This document shows, in pieces, positions 47,301 through 59,893 of a DNA stretch of 64,000 nt. Made by a program: the position numbers and the translations under genes. The notes below the pieces were generated by a model. That model saw only the letters and a program-made list of their open reading frames with translations, searched no databases and was not told the DNA's origin. The number at the start of each line of letters is the position of its first letter. The stretch's first letter is position 1. The DNA is from Xylographa opegraphella (Eukaryota), in assembly GCA_022813865.1 (NCBI GenBank), contig JALDZX010000030.1, forward strand, positions 124,001 to 188,000. Reading direction: 5' to 3'.

Positions 47301-48840
47301 GTAGGAGTTGTATTCGCCAGGGAAGATGCCTCGTCGGATCGTCGGGAGGAGGCAGAGCGTATACGGGGCAAGAGACGCATGACGAGAAGGTCACGGGTGA
47401 CGAAGATGGGCAGGTATGGCTCTGGACAAGATGACAGGGTGAGCTGGGCGGAGCCGAATGAGTCGTAGACTGCAGAAGAGCGAAGACACGGAAGGGGTAA
47501 AGAGGGGGTGTCAGAAGGTGTGATCTGGACGCGTCCCATGTGGAGATGTGGAGGACCGGGCTGGCGAGGGGGGAAACGGGGCACCCATTCACATTGAGTA
47601 TTTACTGGGAGGACGGGGGTTGTTCGATAGCGGTGAGTAATAGAAGCGGCGGGCACGGCGGCGGGGATGGCGACGGTGGGCATGGTGGCAGCGGACATAG
47701 CAGCCCCGGATAGCCTCGCAGTGATTCGTGAGTCCAGGGACGTGCGTGGAAGTCGATGTACGGCACTGCACAAGCTGCCTTGTAGGAACGAGAAGCATTA
47801 TAGAGCATCGCGAGGATGTGAAGCTGAAGAATGCATAAATAATTCCGGGCACGAAGGAAACCCTTTGACCTTTACACCGGACAGTAAAATAACAATGACG
47901 ACTGCTGCGTCCTTCTGATCGATGCCGTTGATCACGGATCTGCTATAGGATATACAGGATGAAACATCATTTATAAACCATGACACCTTCGAATGTCGCT
48001 CGGGTAGCTGTGATCTGTGCAAATACTTTATCTGAATTCGGGAAACTCTGGTTTGCTTCAATTGCCTTGACTTTACCGCCCATTGCCGCAGGCGCCACCA
48101 ATAGTGACAAGACAGCTCTGTTCCCATATATAAGGCCGAGCTGGCTAGCCTATGCCACCCTCAATTCATATCTTGTCTGTCACATACCTCATATCAGAGC
48201 CATACTTCTTTTCGACACGTACCGTAACAAGCTGCTTTAAGTAGACAAACATGGTTTGTGGGCGAAGATCCTCCCGAGTTGGGTAAAATTGTGGTCGGCC
48301 TAGGTTACTCATACTCTTGATTTCCGCCGCCGCTTGCTTCGCCTCCACCTTTCATCCGCTTCCTCGGTTCTTTTAGACCGTCGGATTACCACTATAGCGG
48401 AAGCTCGGAATTCTTTTTGAAACCCTTGCACATATATTTTGCCATATTCTCGATCCGGAGTCTTCGTAGGCGCTTGGGTAGCGGATACCGAGATCTCAAA
48501 CCAACTTTACTGAAAATAATTTCCGACGCTGGGCCGGAGATCTTTCCAGGAAGCTAGGAGCGCAGCAGAGGGAGATCGATAGGCTTGAAAACATAGAAAG
48601 ACCTGAGCTAAACAGGATTGTATACTAGGGATCATATCTCAGATTTGGATGAATGGAACAAGACTAATGAAAAGCAGAACGAAGTCGATACTGTGTATGA
48701 GAGGGCCCACAGAAGAAAGAATTGCAGGCAGATATATTTTCTTATATCGGTAGCAGAGATAGTTCTTCAGTGTGACCCGACGGCGATGTAGCCGTCCGCA
48801 ACCACATTTATCCCATGTATTGCCATTGGATGTCTCCAAG

Positions 48841-49594
48841 TTTGTTATTTTTTAATTATTACAAAAGCTAACCGTCGTGATTTAAAAAAAAATAAAAGAG
48901 TAAAATAAAGCGTTGAGTAATTAAATTAAAACAGGTTTTGAATTAAACTCAGCAAGCCTTTGGCCGTAAAAAAACATCGATTTTTAAATATTAAAAACGA
49001 GGAACAAGAAATGTATTAGCGTAAAATATTTAACATCGAAGTCTTAGAAAATAATAAACGTTAAAAAACGAAAATTTTTACCAACGATTCCTTCGAGGTT
49101 TTCATTTTTTAATTTTTTTTAAAACTTTAAAAGCTTCTTTTTTCGAGATTTTAGCTCTGCTTAATAATACTATCAAAGAAGTTCCTGGTAATTTCCAAAG
49201 TTAATAAATAATTTTTAAATGTTGTCTCAACTCACCACGCAAGCACGCCTAGAACGTAAGCTTTAGGTGGACGATTTCAACCCAGATTAAGATGGAGAAG
49301 CGATGAGGCTGCTCCATNNNNNNNNNNNNNNACTCAAGGTGCTAGTCCTGATCCAGCCCGACCCCTATTACTTGTGACTGATGTCATAATCGTCACAATA
49401 TTTTAATGCGCTTAAACAGGTTTTATTTATACGTATAAAGATTATAATAAAGATTTATAAATTATAAAATATTTATTAATTTACTAAATTACGATTTTCT
49501 TCACTACTACACTTCGTTTAAGAAAGGGAGGATGTAGGAATTGGGCTTATATAAAGGGATTACGTGGTTAAATTAGCGGCCGCTATATAACGTA
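48841..49594. mobile_element. AT-rich, probably RIP-degenerated transposon relic spanning an assembly gap (N at 49318-49331)
   Basis: Abrupt AT-rich, TpA-rich blocks at 48841-49220 and about 49400-49510, with no long ORF, on both sides of a scaffold gap. Confidence 0.5.
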
Positions 49595-49947
49595 GCTTCG
49601 TAGTAGAATGGAAACTCAGCTTGGAATACTACACTGGCCATATAAGTAAAGCAAAGTAAATATGCAAGCATGCACGCGAATAAAGCCATCAGTCTCAGCA
49701 TGTTCGATAGCCATTTCCAAAGGATTCCGTATGTAAGACCTGATCATCAAGTTATCCGTATTGCATGGGACCCTATACTGCAAGAGTGCCTCAGAAAAAA
49801 TATAGCCTGTTGGTCTCGAGGCCTGTAAGGTACGAAACAACTTGTGGATCGCCATAAGGTCGTCTGGTAGTGCGGATTAATGACTTGCCGTTCTGCCATT
49901 ATCCTCACAACAAGGAGCATAACCGATAGAATACCTCACCTTGTACA

Positions 49948-51299
49948 ATGTCTCAGACGACTGATCCAGATCGGTTCTTCCAGACAACGTCAGTACTACA
50001 CTCGATACTACCGCCCACCACGATTTTAATGCCTTACACAGTGACTCCATTGCAGAAACCGCACGTAAGGCAAAGAAATCCACGAACAAGCATGGCTCCC
50101 CCATCAAATTGCCGTCCAAGATTCTGGCCATTATCCCCGATCCTACGGCCTCGAATCGGGTGTACGTCGCAGAGGCGGCAGGAACGGCACGTCGGGTAGA
50201 GCTGGATGTAGGTGCGAGACCCCATTACCATCCTCATACATCTTTCTTGCGCTTGCTCCTAAACGTACTTTATTATACATGACTGGACTAACTGTACTTT
50301 CAGACCGGTCATAAATCACATATATTCCGTGGGCCTACTACGCCCCTGACCTCGCTAGCCATTTCTCTCTTGCATCCGACGCTCTATGCTGGTAGCTGGG
50401 ATAAGACCATCTGGTCATGGGAAATCCCCACCCGTACTCCAGGCATTCGTTTCCGTGGGCACAGCGATTTTGTTAAATGTCTGCTCACCCTCTCACTCCC
50501 CGGGGTAGAGCTGCTTATATCCGGCTCCTCTGATGCTACGATAATACTCTGGGATGCTACGACGGGTGAAAAGTTACAGATCCTGAAGGGCCACTCGATG
50601 GGTGTGCTCGCACTGGCCATCGATCCCCTCGGCGAGCAGGGCAATGAAGACGATGGCACAGAGAAGGCTACAGGAGACACCCTGGTACTATTCAGCGCGT
50701 CGTCCGATCGTACCATTCTTCGATGGCGCATCGACCCTCTTTCCCCACGCTGCTCCCTCGCCACACTCTTGCCACCGCCCCTGACTCCGCATGAGACCTC
50801 TATCTATGCCTTGCACTTCTCCCCGGCTTCCGCTGATCTCTACACCGCTTCGGCCGACGGCACGGCGATGCGCCTCTCGCGCGAGCACGGCTGGATTTCT
50901 GACACTACGCTCCAGCACGGCGATTACGTGCGGGCGGTGGCGGTGTCCACAACTGAGAGATACGTCGTCACGGCAGGCAGGTGCGAGGATGTCAAGGTAT
51001 GGGATGCAGTCACCGGGGAACTCATGGGAGTGTGGTGGGGACATTGGGATGAGGTGATGGGGCTGGTGATTGTTCGGGATCGGGCTGGAAAGGGAGCGGA
51101 GCGAATCGTCAGTGCTGGGATCGATGCGACGATAAGAGTCTGGCTTCTGGACGAAATGGAGATGCAAAAGGCGCAAGTGGAGAGAGAGAGAGAAGAACAG
51201 GGCATCGAACAGGAAGAGGAAGAGGTAGTGGGGAAGGAGGTGGAAGGGGGCTTGACAGCGGAGGAGGAGGCGGAGCTCGCCGAATTGATGGACGACTGA
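49948..51299 (+). CDS. WD40-repeat protein with acidic C-terminus
   Basis: Repeats YAGSWDKTIWSW, GHSDFVKCL..SGSSDATIILWD, GHWDEV...SAGIDATIRVW. Two 5' introns. Confidence 0.88.
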
Positions 51300-52471
51300 A
51301 ACCCACCTGGCAGACTCTATCATTTTGTGGCAGAGAGAGGCTGCTTTCTACCTTAGTCGCGGAAAGCATCAGGTTTCTCCCACCATACCTAATGTTCTAC
51401 TGGGCAAAGTCGTCCATTGGCTCCCACATCGATGCAACAACATCGGACCAAGGCCGCCCGCGTGCGAATCCCTGCTCATCCAGCCCTATCACGCGCCCCG
51501 CACTTCTCCGCGTGGAGAAGCGGAACATGAACAGGAACATTCGGATGAGACACGAGACACGAGACATGAGACGCGGAACATCTGATCTAGAACGACGACT
51601 GCCACCATAGGTACTTAAAGCGGGCGGAGAACGGTGGGTTGGGAGCTGCCATCGTAGCATGTTTACAATATAAGAACTTCCTCGCCCTATGCTTCACTTG
51701 TAATCGCTCGCTCCGACAATTTTATGGAGATATCACAAACCTCGCTGCATTCTTGCGTACAGCATCAGGAAGCATTTCAGCTGCGGCTTGCGGCTGCGTA
51801 CAGCAAACTAAAACCAGGCCCAACGGCACCTGAATTCTTCCTCGAAGCTCATCTGCCCTCCGACCGGCTAGACTGACACCGAGGACCATTATGCTTATGT
51901 GACTGCAGTCCAAACGGAGGCCATTGGAAGCCTTCCGTTCGGCCGGACTTTGCTCAAGTCTGCATCATTCCTCGACAGAGCGGTTTAGTGGCTAGAGTGT
52001 GATCATCTCGCCTTCATAGCCTTCTCCTATTGGTCTGATAAGTCCGATGCTTCGTTGACAAGGTTGCCCCTCGACGTTCCGGCTCAAAGGGTATTCTACT
52101 CGTGGTACGTTCACCACAATCCCTGTATCCGTATCATATGGATCCACCCAAAGTTCCTGACCTGTCCAAACCAATTTACTCTGCTCAAATCCAGACTCTT
52201 ATGACAGCCTGTTCGACTTGAACGGCGAGCCATCTCCTATCTTCACGTGCTTGTCGTCATCTATCTCCGGCGACCTCGACATACAGAATTAGCTGCGTCC
52301 AGCTTGATGTCTGAGATCTTATTCTTATGAAGCTTTGCCGACATAATCTGTTCTTTCCCTATGCCTTCCTACTGCCTACACGACTGCCACTATTTCTACC
52401 GTAGTGCTCTGCGGCTCCTGTCCATCTCAACCCTCGTATCTTCCATGTACAGTTGACTAAACTAAATTACG

Positions 52472-55048
52472 ATGACAGCCCGCAAGTTTACCATGCCTTC
52501 CTCGTTGAACGGGTCTTTGGCTTCTTCTCAACATCCGGAAGGGGACACAGATCCCTCGTCCGCGCAGAAGGCAAAGCCTAAACCGGGAATCACCTATGCT
52601 GGTCAGGAGAAGCTACCCAAGTTACCAATTCCCGAGCTCGAGGATACCTGCAAGCGGTATTCGGACGCCTTAAGACCGCTGCAGTCCTACAGAGAGCATA
52701 GAGAAACCGAGACTGCTGTTCAAGAGTTTCTGAAGAGGGACGGACCGATTTTACAAGAGAAATTGAGGAAATACGCAACTGGCAAAAGCAGTTACATTGA
52801 ACAATTCTGTGAGTACAAACGCCGATGCTCAATATCAAAACGGGCCTGACAGATCGTTCTAGGGTATGATTCCTATCTAAATTTCGATAACCCTGTCGTT
52901 CTCAACCTAAATCCTTTCTTTCTATTGGAAGACGATCCAACGCCAGCTCGGAATAATCAAGTCACTCGGGCCGCCTCCCTCGTCACCTCGGCACTCTCGT
53001 TTGTACGGGCAGTCAGGAAGGAGGAACTTCCTCCGGATACCGTTCGAGGCAACCCTCTATGTATGTATCAGTATTCTCGGCTATTCGGTACCGCCCGGGT
53101 TCCAACCGAGCATGGTTGTCAGATTGGTCAGGATGAAGGTGGTAAACACCTTGTGGTGCTTTGCAGAGGACAATTCTATTGGTTTGACGTGCTGGACGAT
53201 AATTCTGATCTGATCATGACCGAGAAAGATATGGCGGTCAATCTACAGGTTATCGTAGATGACGCTGTGCAAACACCCATTCAAGAAGCTGCGAAAGGGG
53301 CATTGGGAGTGCTGAGCACAGAAAACCGCAAAATCTGGGCTGGTCTTCGAGACGTTCTGACACGCGAGGAGGACTCCAACAATGCGGAATGTCTCAGCAC
53401 GGTGGATTCAGCTATCTTTATCCTTTGTTTGGACTATACAGAACCTCAAACAGGCGCCCAACTCTGCGGCAATATGCTTTGTGGTTCCAGTGAAGTCGTG
53501 AAAGGTGTCCAGATCGGCACGTGCACGAATCGCTGGTATGATAAGCTGCAGATAATTGTATGCAAGAACGGTAGCGCCGGTATCAACTTCGAACACACCG
53601 GTGTAGATGGCCATACCGTGCTACGAATGGTGAGCGACGTCTACACAGACACCATTCTCCGATTTGCCAAGAGCATCAATGGCCAGTCACCCAGTCTGTG
53701 GACTTCCACAAGCCCGGATCCCTCGAAGCGAGATCCCAGCAGTTTCGGCGACGTGAGCACCACTCCACACAAACTAGAATGGGACATGGTTCCCGAACTC
53801 AGCACCGCCCTCCGCTTCGCCGAGACCCGTCTCGCGGACCTGATCCAGCAAAACGAATTCCAGACCCTTGACTTTGAAGCCTACGGCAAGAACTTCATAA
53901 CCTCCATGGGCTTTTCTCCAGACGCGTTCGTGCAGATGGCGTTCCAGGCCGCGTATTACGGCCTCTACGGCCGGGTGGAATGCACCTATGAGCCCGCGAT
54001 GACCAAGTTCTTCCTTCACGGTCGCACCGAAGCCATCCGCTCTGTGACCGCAGAGTCCGTGGCTTTCGTCCAGACCTTTTGGGCCGAGGTCCCTCCGGCA
54101 CAGAAGGTCGAAGCCCTGAGAAAGGCTTCTCAGAAACATACGAACATCACGCGGGAGTGCTCCAAAGCCCAGGGCCAAGACCGCCACCTGTACGCCCTCT
54201 TCTCCGTGTGGCAGCGCGCCCTCGACGAAGACGGCGCCGAAGCGGCCTCCTCGAACGGTTACTCGAGCCCCTCGGACGCTGGCTCCCCCCCTTCCTCCCC
54301 TATCGGCTCCCCAAAACGCGGCACCAACGTGCCGTCCGAGAACGGCGACTCGAACAGCTCCACCCCCAGCCGGCCCGTCTCGCAGCCCCAACCGCCCCCG
54401 CCGTCGCCGCCGCAGCAGATGCCGAGCCTGTTCGCGGACAGCGGGTGGGACCGCATCAACAACACGATCCTGTCGACGTCCAACTGCGGCAACCCGTCGC
54501 TGCGGCAGTTCGGGTTCGGGCCCACCTCCGGCGACGGCTTCGGCATCGGCTACATCATCAAGGACGACAGCATCGCCATCTGCGCCTCCAGCAAGCACCG
54601 CCAGACGCAGCGCTTCGTCGACGCCATCGAGGCCTACTTCCTCGAGATCCGCCGCCTGCTGCGCCTGGTGCGGAGCTCGGCCGCCAGCCCGCGCGCCAGC
54701 CGCGTCCGCGAGGCCGAGAGGCCCGATGTCGGGAGTCGGTTCAAGACAAAGGGCCGCGTTATTAAGGGCGAGAAGGACCCGTCACCTGGTGGGGAGGTTA
54801 AGCTTGAGGAGGAGGAGGATGATGGCTTGGGTGGCTGTGAGTTTTTTTCTTTCTTTCTTTTTTTCGCAAGTCCTGCCGGGGGGGTGGGAAGTGTTTGGCT
54901 GATAGTGTGTGCTTGGGCAGATGGCTTCTTCGACGCTGGTATGCTGCTGCAGGCTATCAAGGCGAATGAGGACGAGAAGGCGGCCGAGAAGGGCGTCGCG
55001 CAGGGGAGGCGCGCGGTGGGGAAGAAGTTGCGGCTGAGTGAGTATTAG
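52472..55048 (+). CDS. Carnitine O-acetyltransferase (FacC/Yat1 type)
   Basis: LPKLPIPELEDTC, NRWYDKLQIIV, catalytic FEHTGVDGH, SPDAFVQMAFQAAYY, TYEPAMT..F.HGRTE, LSTSNCG..FGP...GFGIGY. Confidence 0.95.
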
Positions 55049-55834
55049 TAGTTGAGGAGGAGGGGTGGGCGGGTTTAGGTGTGGGGGATGTGGGAGTGTG
55101 AGTTTGTGAGTGAGTGGTTGGGGATGCTGGGATGGGTGGCGTGTTTGCGTGCTTGTCGTTCATGTGCGTGTTCATATAGCGCTGTTTGGAGTGTATATAT
55201 TTACGTAGGTATTTATCCTTTTTTGAAGGGATTCCCGGAGGGAGCCGCTCCCCCCTGTTCTTCTGCTCGTGAAGTAGTGTAGGTCATGGGTGCTTGGTCG
55301 ACGCTGGGGATGTCTGCTGTGTGTCGTTCTTTCGGAGGGCTTGTGTATAAGTATGGCGGAGGGGTTGTGGTGTGAGTCTGTATGTCGGGGGGGTAAATTG
55401 TAAGGTACAGGCTCGTTAGGTTAGAGGCCACTTACTCGGTGAAGGGGGGTCGTGGGTGGTTTGGGTAAGAGCATAGGGGGTGTAAGTGGGTGGGTGCTGT
55501 GAGAAGTGGGGATGGTCTATAAAAGGGACGGTTGCGGCGAGCTTGTCTAGGATTCCACAAGTGGGGTATCAATCAAGTACCTATGCAGTGGGCTGAGAAG
55601 AAACTCCGACCGGTCTGTCGCGAAGCAAGCAGGGGCATGGTTGTCGGGAATCCAGCGTAAACAAATTGTATAAAATCGAGCACGCTGAACCATCCCATCC
55701 TTTGCAGCAGGGAACTCAAGCACCAACCAACCCAGCTGCATCCAACAGCAGCCACCCTCTCCTCCGAGCAGCGCAACCCCTTGGGCCAACGACCCAAGGC
55801 CGCCCATCACACCAACCGCCGAAAAGCGCGGCCC

Positions 55835-57358
55835 TCACGCCCCCGTGCTAATCTCACGGACAACATCCGCGTCAAGATTATGCAGCAGGCTGCTAAAACT
55901 GCAGCCCTTGCCACCGGTGCAACCCGGGCCGCGACAGGCGTGGCCGTAATAACAGTCGTGCGAGCGGCAGGCACTGCCTTTCTTGCACCGCTGCAGGCGT
56001 AGGCGCTCCTTCAGCACCAAGAGGAGCCCCGGGTCGACGTACTTGTGGTCGAACAGGCAGGCGCGGCCGGGCAGGGCGGGGCATTTGCCCAGCAGGTGGT
56101 ACTCATTGCACAGGTGCTGGTTGTTGGTGCGTTGCCGGAAGCGTGTCCGTTCGTGTTCGGTGATGCCGAGGAGCGGAGGGTCGATTCGCTGGTCGTGTTG
56201 GTTTAGGTATACCACTCGCCCAAAAGCGTTTCGAGGACCTTCGAGTAGGAAGTTGCCAGGGACTGGAGAACGGATAGTTCCGTTGTGGGTGTGAGACCCC
56301 TGAGCCGTTTGATTGGTGCTGGTGTTGCTGCCTTCGGGCAACGGGACCGATTTGAAGACGGTGGGGAATTCCACTGCCCTATAACCCAGGGCTAAGAACT
56401 TCTTGTGGCAGGTGGTGGCCTTCAACAACGTGATATGAGAATCAACCTTTTTGTGCGGTGTAAGTAGTGAGAGGTAACCTTGGTCATGACAGCCACCAAA
56501 TATGATGTGCCTGCACTGACTGCTTTCGATGAGCAACTCAAACAGTTCTTTTAGGCATGCGTGGAATCAGTGGAGCTGCTCTGCCATGTCGAACAAAGGA
56601 GGACTTCGGAGCTTACCTCTGATCTTGTGGTCGGCATCCTCCTTCTCAGCACCCGCATCAACAAAGTCAAACAGAGGCTGACCCCTTGTGAAGCCGCCAG
56701 CGAACTTGTTCAGATCGTTCCCCGATTTCTGAATTCCAGCCCGAACCAAAGCCGCAGAGAGTCCCGCAAAATTCGCATAAACACGAACCATAACCCGCCA
56801 CTCCGTTGCACCAGCATAACTAGTGCTAATACCGTCATCTTGGCTCTTTAATTCTGCCTTCACTGCATCACGCAGCAAGCCAGCCGCCTCAACCCCACCC
56901 TCTGTGCCGGCCTTCAAAAGCTTATCATTGAACTGGAGATCTGAATATCAGGATACCGACCATCTTGAGGCAAGCAGAAAATACGTACAACATAATTGTC
57001 ACCGTCAACCAAAACAAGGACAAACGGCTTGTGCTCCTGGAAATTAGAAAATGGTTAGCGGTTAGAGGGCTTATCCTTGGGGCCCGATGTCAACGAACTA
57101 GAGCGCGAGCCTTCATTTGCATTTCACGACGAGCGCTAGTTTGAACCTCTAGATCACTCTCGAGGTCCTTGAATTTCTTGCTGATCTCCTTGTATTTGTC
57201 GAGAAGTCGCTAGGTGGAGTAAGTATCAGGTCAGCGACATCACATCGCAAACTTGTGAAGTGAGCTGGTACATGTATAACGTCGAGCTTCTTATGGTCGC
57301 TTTGGCGAAACTCCTCCAGCTGCAGCTGGAGGCCATCAATTTCTTCCTGGTCCAGCAT
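55835..57358 (-). CDS. NYN/PIN-like domain plus tandem CCCH zinc-finger protein
   Basis: FVLVLVDGDNY, GGVEAA..L, FDFVDAGAEKEDADHKI, GGCHDQGY, then CNEYHLLGKC...C.FDH and C..G..CRSHDCYYGH.C. Confidence 0.8.
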
Positions 57359-58220
57359 GATGACCCCATGCGCATAGCAAAGGAAAACACTAAACCATGC
57401 CGTAGATACCAACGCTAGAAACCAATACCAACAGTCGAAACTCAGTTTAGGAAAAAGTAAAATGGTTGAGATGAAGAGAGAGAGAACAATCGAGGAAAAG
57501 AGAACATGACAACCGAGGCAGCGAGAGGTGGGTATATAAATGATTCACAAGTAGCACTTAGCCGCCCATCTCCAGTTGACTGCGGCACGCCTCATTGCTT
57601 AGCCACATGAGACAGTGCCCATGGTTACACAAAGACAGGGAAGTCTGCCGAGAGGGGACAGTAGTCAGCCATTCATGATAGGCCACGATAGCTACAAGTG
57701 CACCATGAGCTCCAGTGACATAGACAGTAGCTCTTGTTCTTGCTAGACTACCACACTCGGAATTACCTTACTTGACTTATCCGCCTAGCTTGCTGAAATG
57801 GTACTGCTTCGAATTCATCCAAATAATCCAGCACCTGTCAATGGAATATATCAGACTGGACGTGGAGTAGAGTGAGCTTTGAGCGTACCATTAGTAGGAA
57901 AAATCGCGTACTACAAAGTACGCCTACGTTACTTGGCGCTACACAGCGCCACTATCCTGGAGTAGTGTCGCTAATCAAAAGCCCGCCCGCGCTCTAGCCT
58001 TTGTGTACCTGTAGAGCTTCAAAGATTATTTTATTTTAATTCGAAAAGCATTTGAGGTTTACAGACATCCACCAAACATACGATCACAATAATTTCCTGA
58101 ATCTGTATCGAAGCTGTCAAGGATTTGTTTCATACTTCCGATTGCGTAAATCACAAGTTTGGAGCTCAAGCGGTATCAACATTATATTTCGAGATCCTCT
58201 TGTTCCCACGTCTAATAGTC

Positions 58221-59893
58221 ATGTCTACCATCTCCCCTCCAGCTACGGTGGCGCCCACCGAAACTAAGAGTTCGAGGAGAAGAAAAGGGAAAGGTGAAGG
58301 AGCGAAGAACGCGTCAGAAGAATCTGCGCAAAGCCCTGTAGCTGAAGCAGGGGCTGGGCCAATGGGTGTTGAGTCGACTACCAATGGGGTTGAAGGGAGC
58401 TACGAGAGTCCCTATATCAAAGAACTCTATAAGTAAGATGCAACGGCTGATGATACTTCTTTGGCGGTTCCATCACTAATCTTCACCAACTTAGAAACAT
58501 CCGCAATGTCAAGAAGAAGCTTGTAAGTCTCAGCTCCCAAGTCAAGCACTTCCTCTGCAGCCAGCGATTATAGTGCTTACGAATTACTATCCATAGAACG
58601 CGACTCAAAAGGTGGACTCTATTATCGCCGAGAATCCCGACAAGTCCTTCGACGAACTACTCGAAGCTCGAAAAATCAACGCTGACCAGAAAGCTCAAGC
58701 CCAGAAAAAACCTGCATTGCAAGCCTCTCTTGCTCAGCTTGAAGAACAGATTGCCCAATACAAGCAGTTTGATGAGGAGTATCAGAAGCGCCTTTCTGCC
58801 GAAAAGTCGGCATTGGCATCAGCACACGGGGACGAATTGGAAAAGGTGAAGGCAGCAGCTGCTGCAGAAGCTCAGGCAGAAGCTAAGAAAGAGCTCAAGG
58901 ACAGCTTACTAACCCTCAGCAAATTCTTTCGAGCTGCTGCGGCTAAGAGGCAAGACGGGGATCAGACTTCTGCGGAGAACAAAGCTTTTGAAGGCGCATT
59001 ATTGCTTGTCTACAATGGAGATGCCAGTGCTGTTATGGCTATGGAGAAGCTTGTCGAGGGTAGTGAAGACAAGGTCCCATGTGTGGATGGCACCATCTCG
59101 GAGTTTTCATGTGAGCCTCAATAGGATTATCCTCGCGTGTTGTAGCTGACTATCATCTTCAGACAAGTACGTCAGAGACACTGCTTTTGAGCATGCGCCG
59201 GCCATTTACGAAGCAGAGGAAGCATGGGCTGAAGAAGTCGCTCAAGCAGAACCTGCCGCTCCGACCATGGAAGAGGACGCACCACCCGTTGGTAGCGATC
59301 CCACTATTCTACACGCCGGGTTGACCGAGATTGAACAAGAAGCTGAACCCAAGATCAATGGTGTTGACAGTCACGTTGAAACGTCAACTGTACCCGAAGC
59401 ATCCAATATCGATGCTGGTGCTGCAAATGCAGCTGCTGAAACAAACTGGGAAGCGAAAATGTCAGCTTCTGGAGCTTCTGGGCCCGATGGGTGGGTTGAA
59501 GTTCCTCGTGATCCAGCGGAAACAGATACAGGCACCAGTGCCACTCCGGCAGCCGTGAACAGTACTCAAAGCTGGGCGGAGGATGTCCCTGTGGAGCCAA
59601 CCCCCGCTCCGGCACCACCTGCCACGAACGATGGTTTCCATGAGGTCCATCACAGCCGCGGTCGTGGACGCGGCAACTTCCAGGGCGAGCATCGGGGAGG
59701 CTTCCGAGGACGTGGTGGGTTCAGGGGTGATCGCGGCGGCGAAGGCGGAGGATATCGCGGCCGTGGTGGCTTCCGTGGCGATCGTGGGGGCGAAGGCGGT
59801 TATCGTGGCCGGGGCAGAGGCGGACCCCGAGGCGACCGTGGACGCGGGGATCGAGGGCGCGGTGACGCTGCCGCTGCCGCTGCCGCTCCATAG
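58221..59893 (+). CDS. Caprin-like stress-granule/RNA-binding protein with C-terminal RGG box
   Basis: KNIRNVKKKL...KINADQKAQ...L..LEEQ helical domain, acidic linker and repeated GGFRGRGG/RGDRGG tail. Confidence 0.7.

Noticed and set aside
51540..51580. GAGACAC 7-mer tandem repeat
   Set aside because: Short degenerate minisatellite with no evidence of function.
53774..54765. Long alternative-frame and antisense ORFs (274 aa, 228 aa) over the acetyltransferase
   Set aside because: Shadow ORFs caused by extreme GC3 and lack of stop codons; no recognisable protein features.
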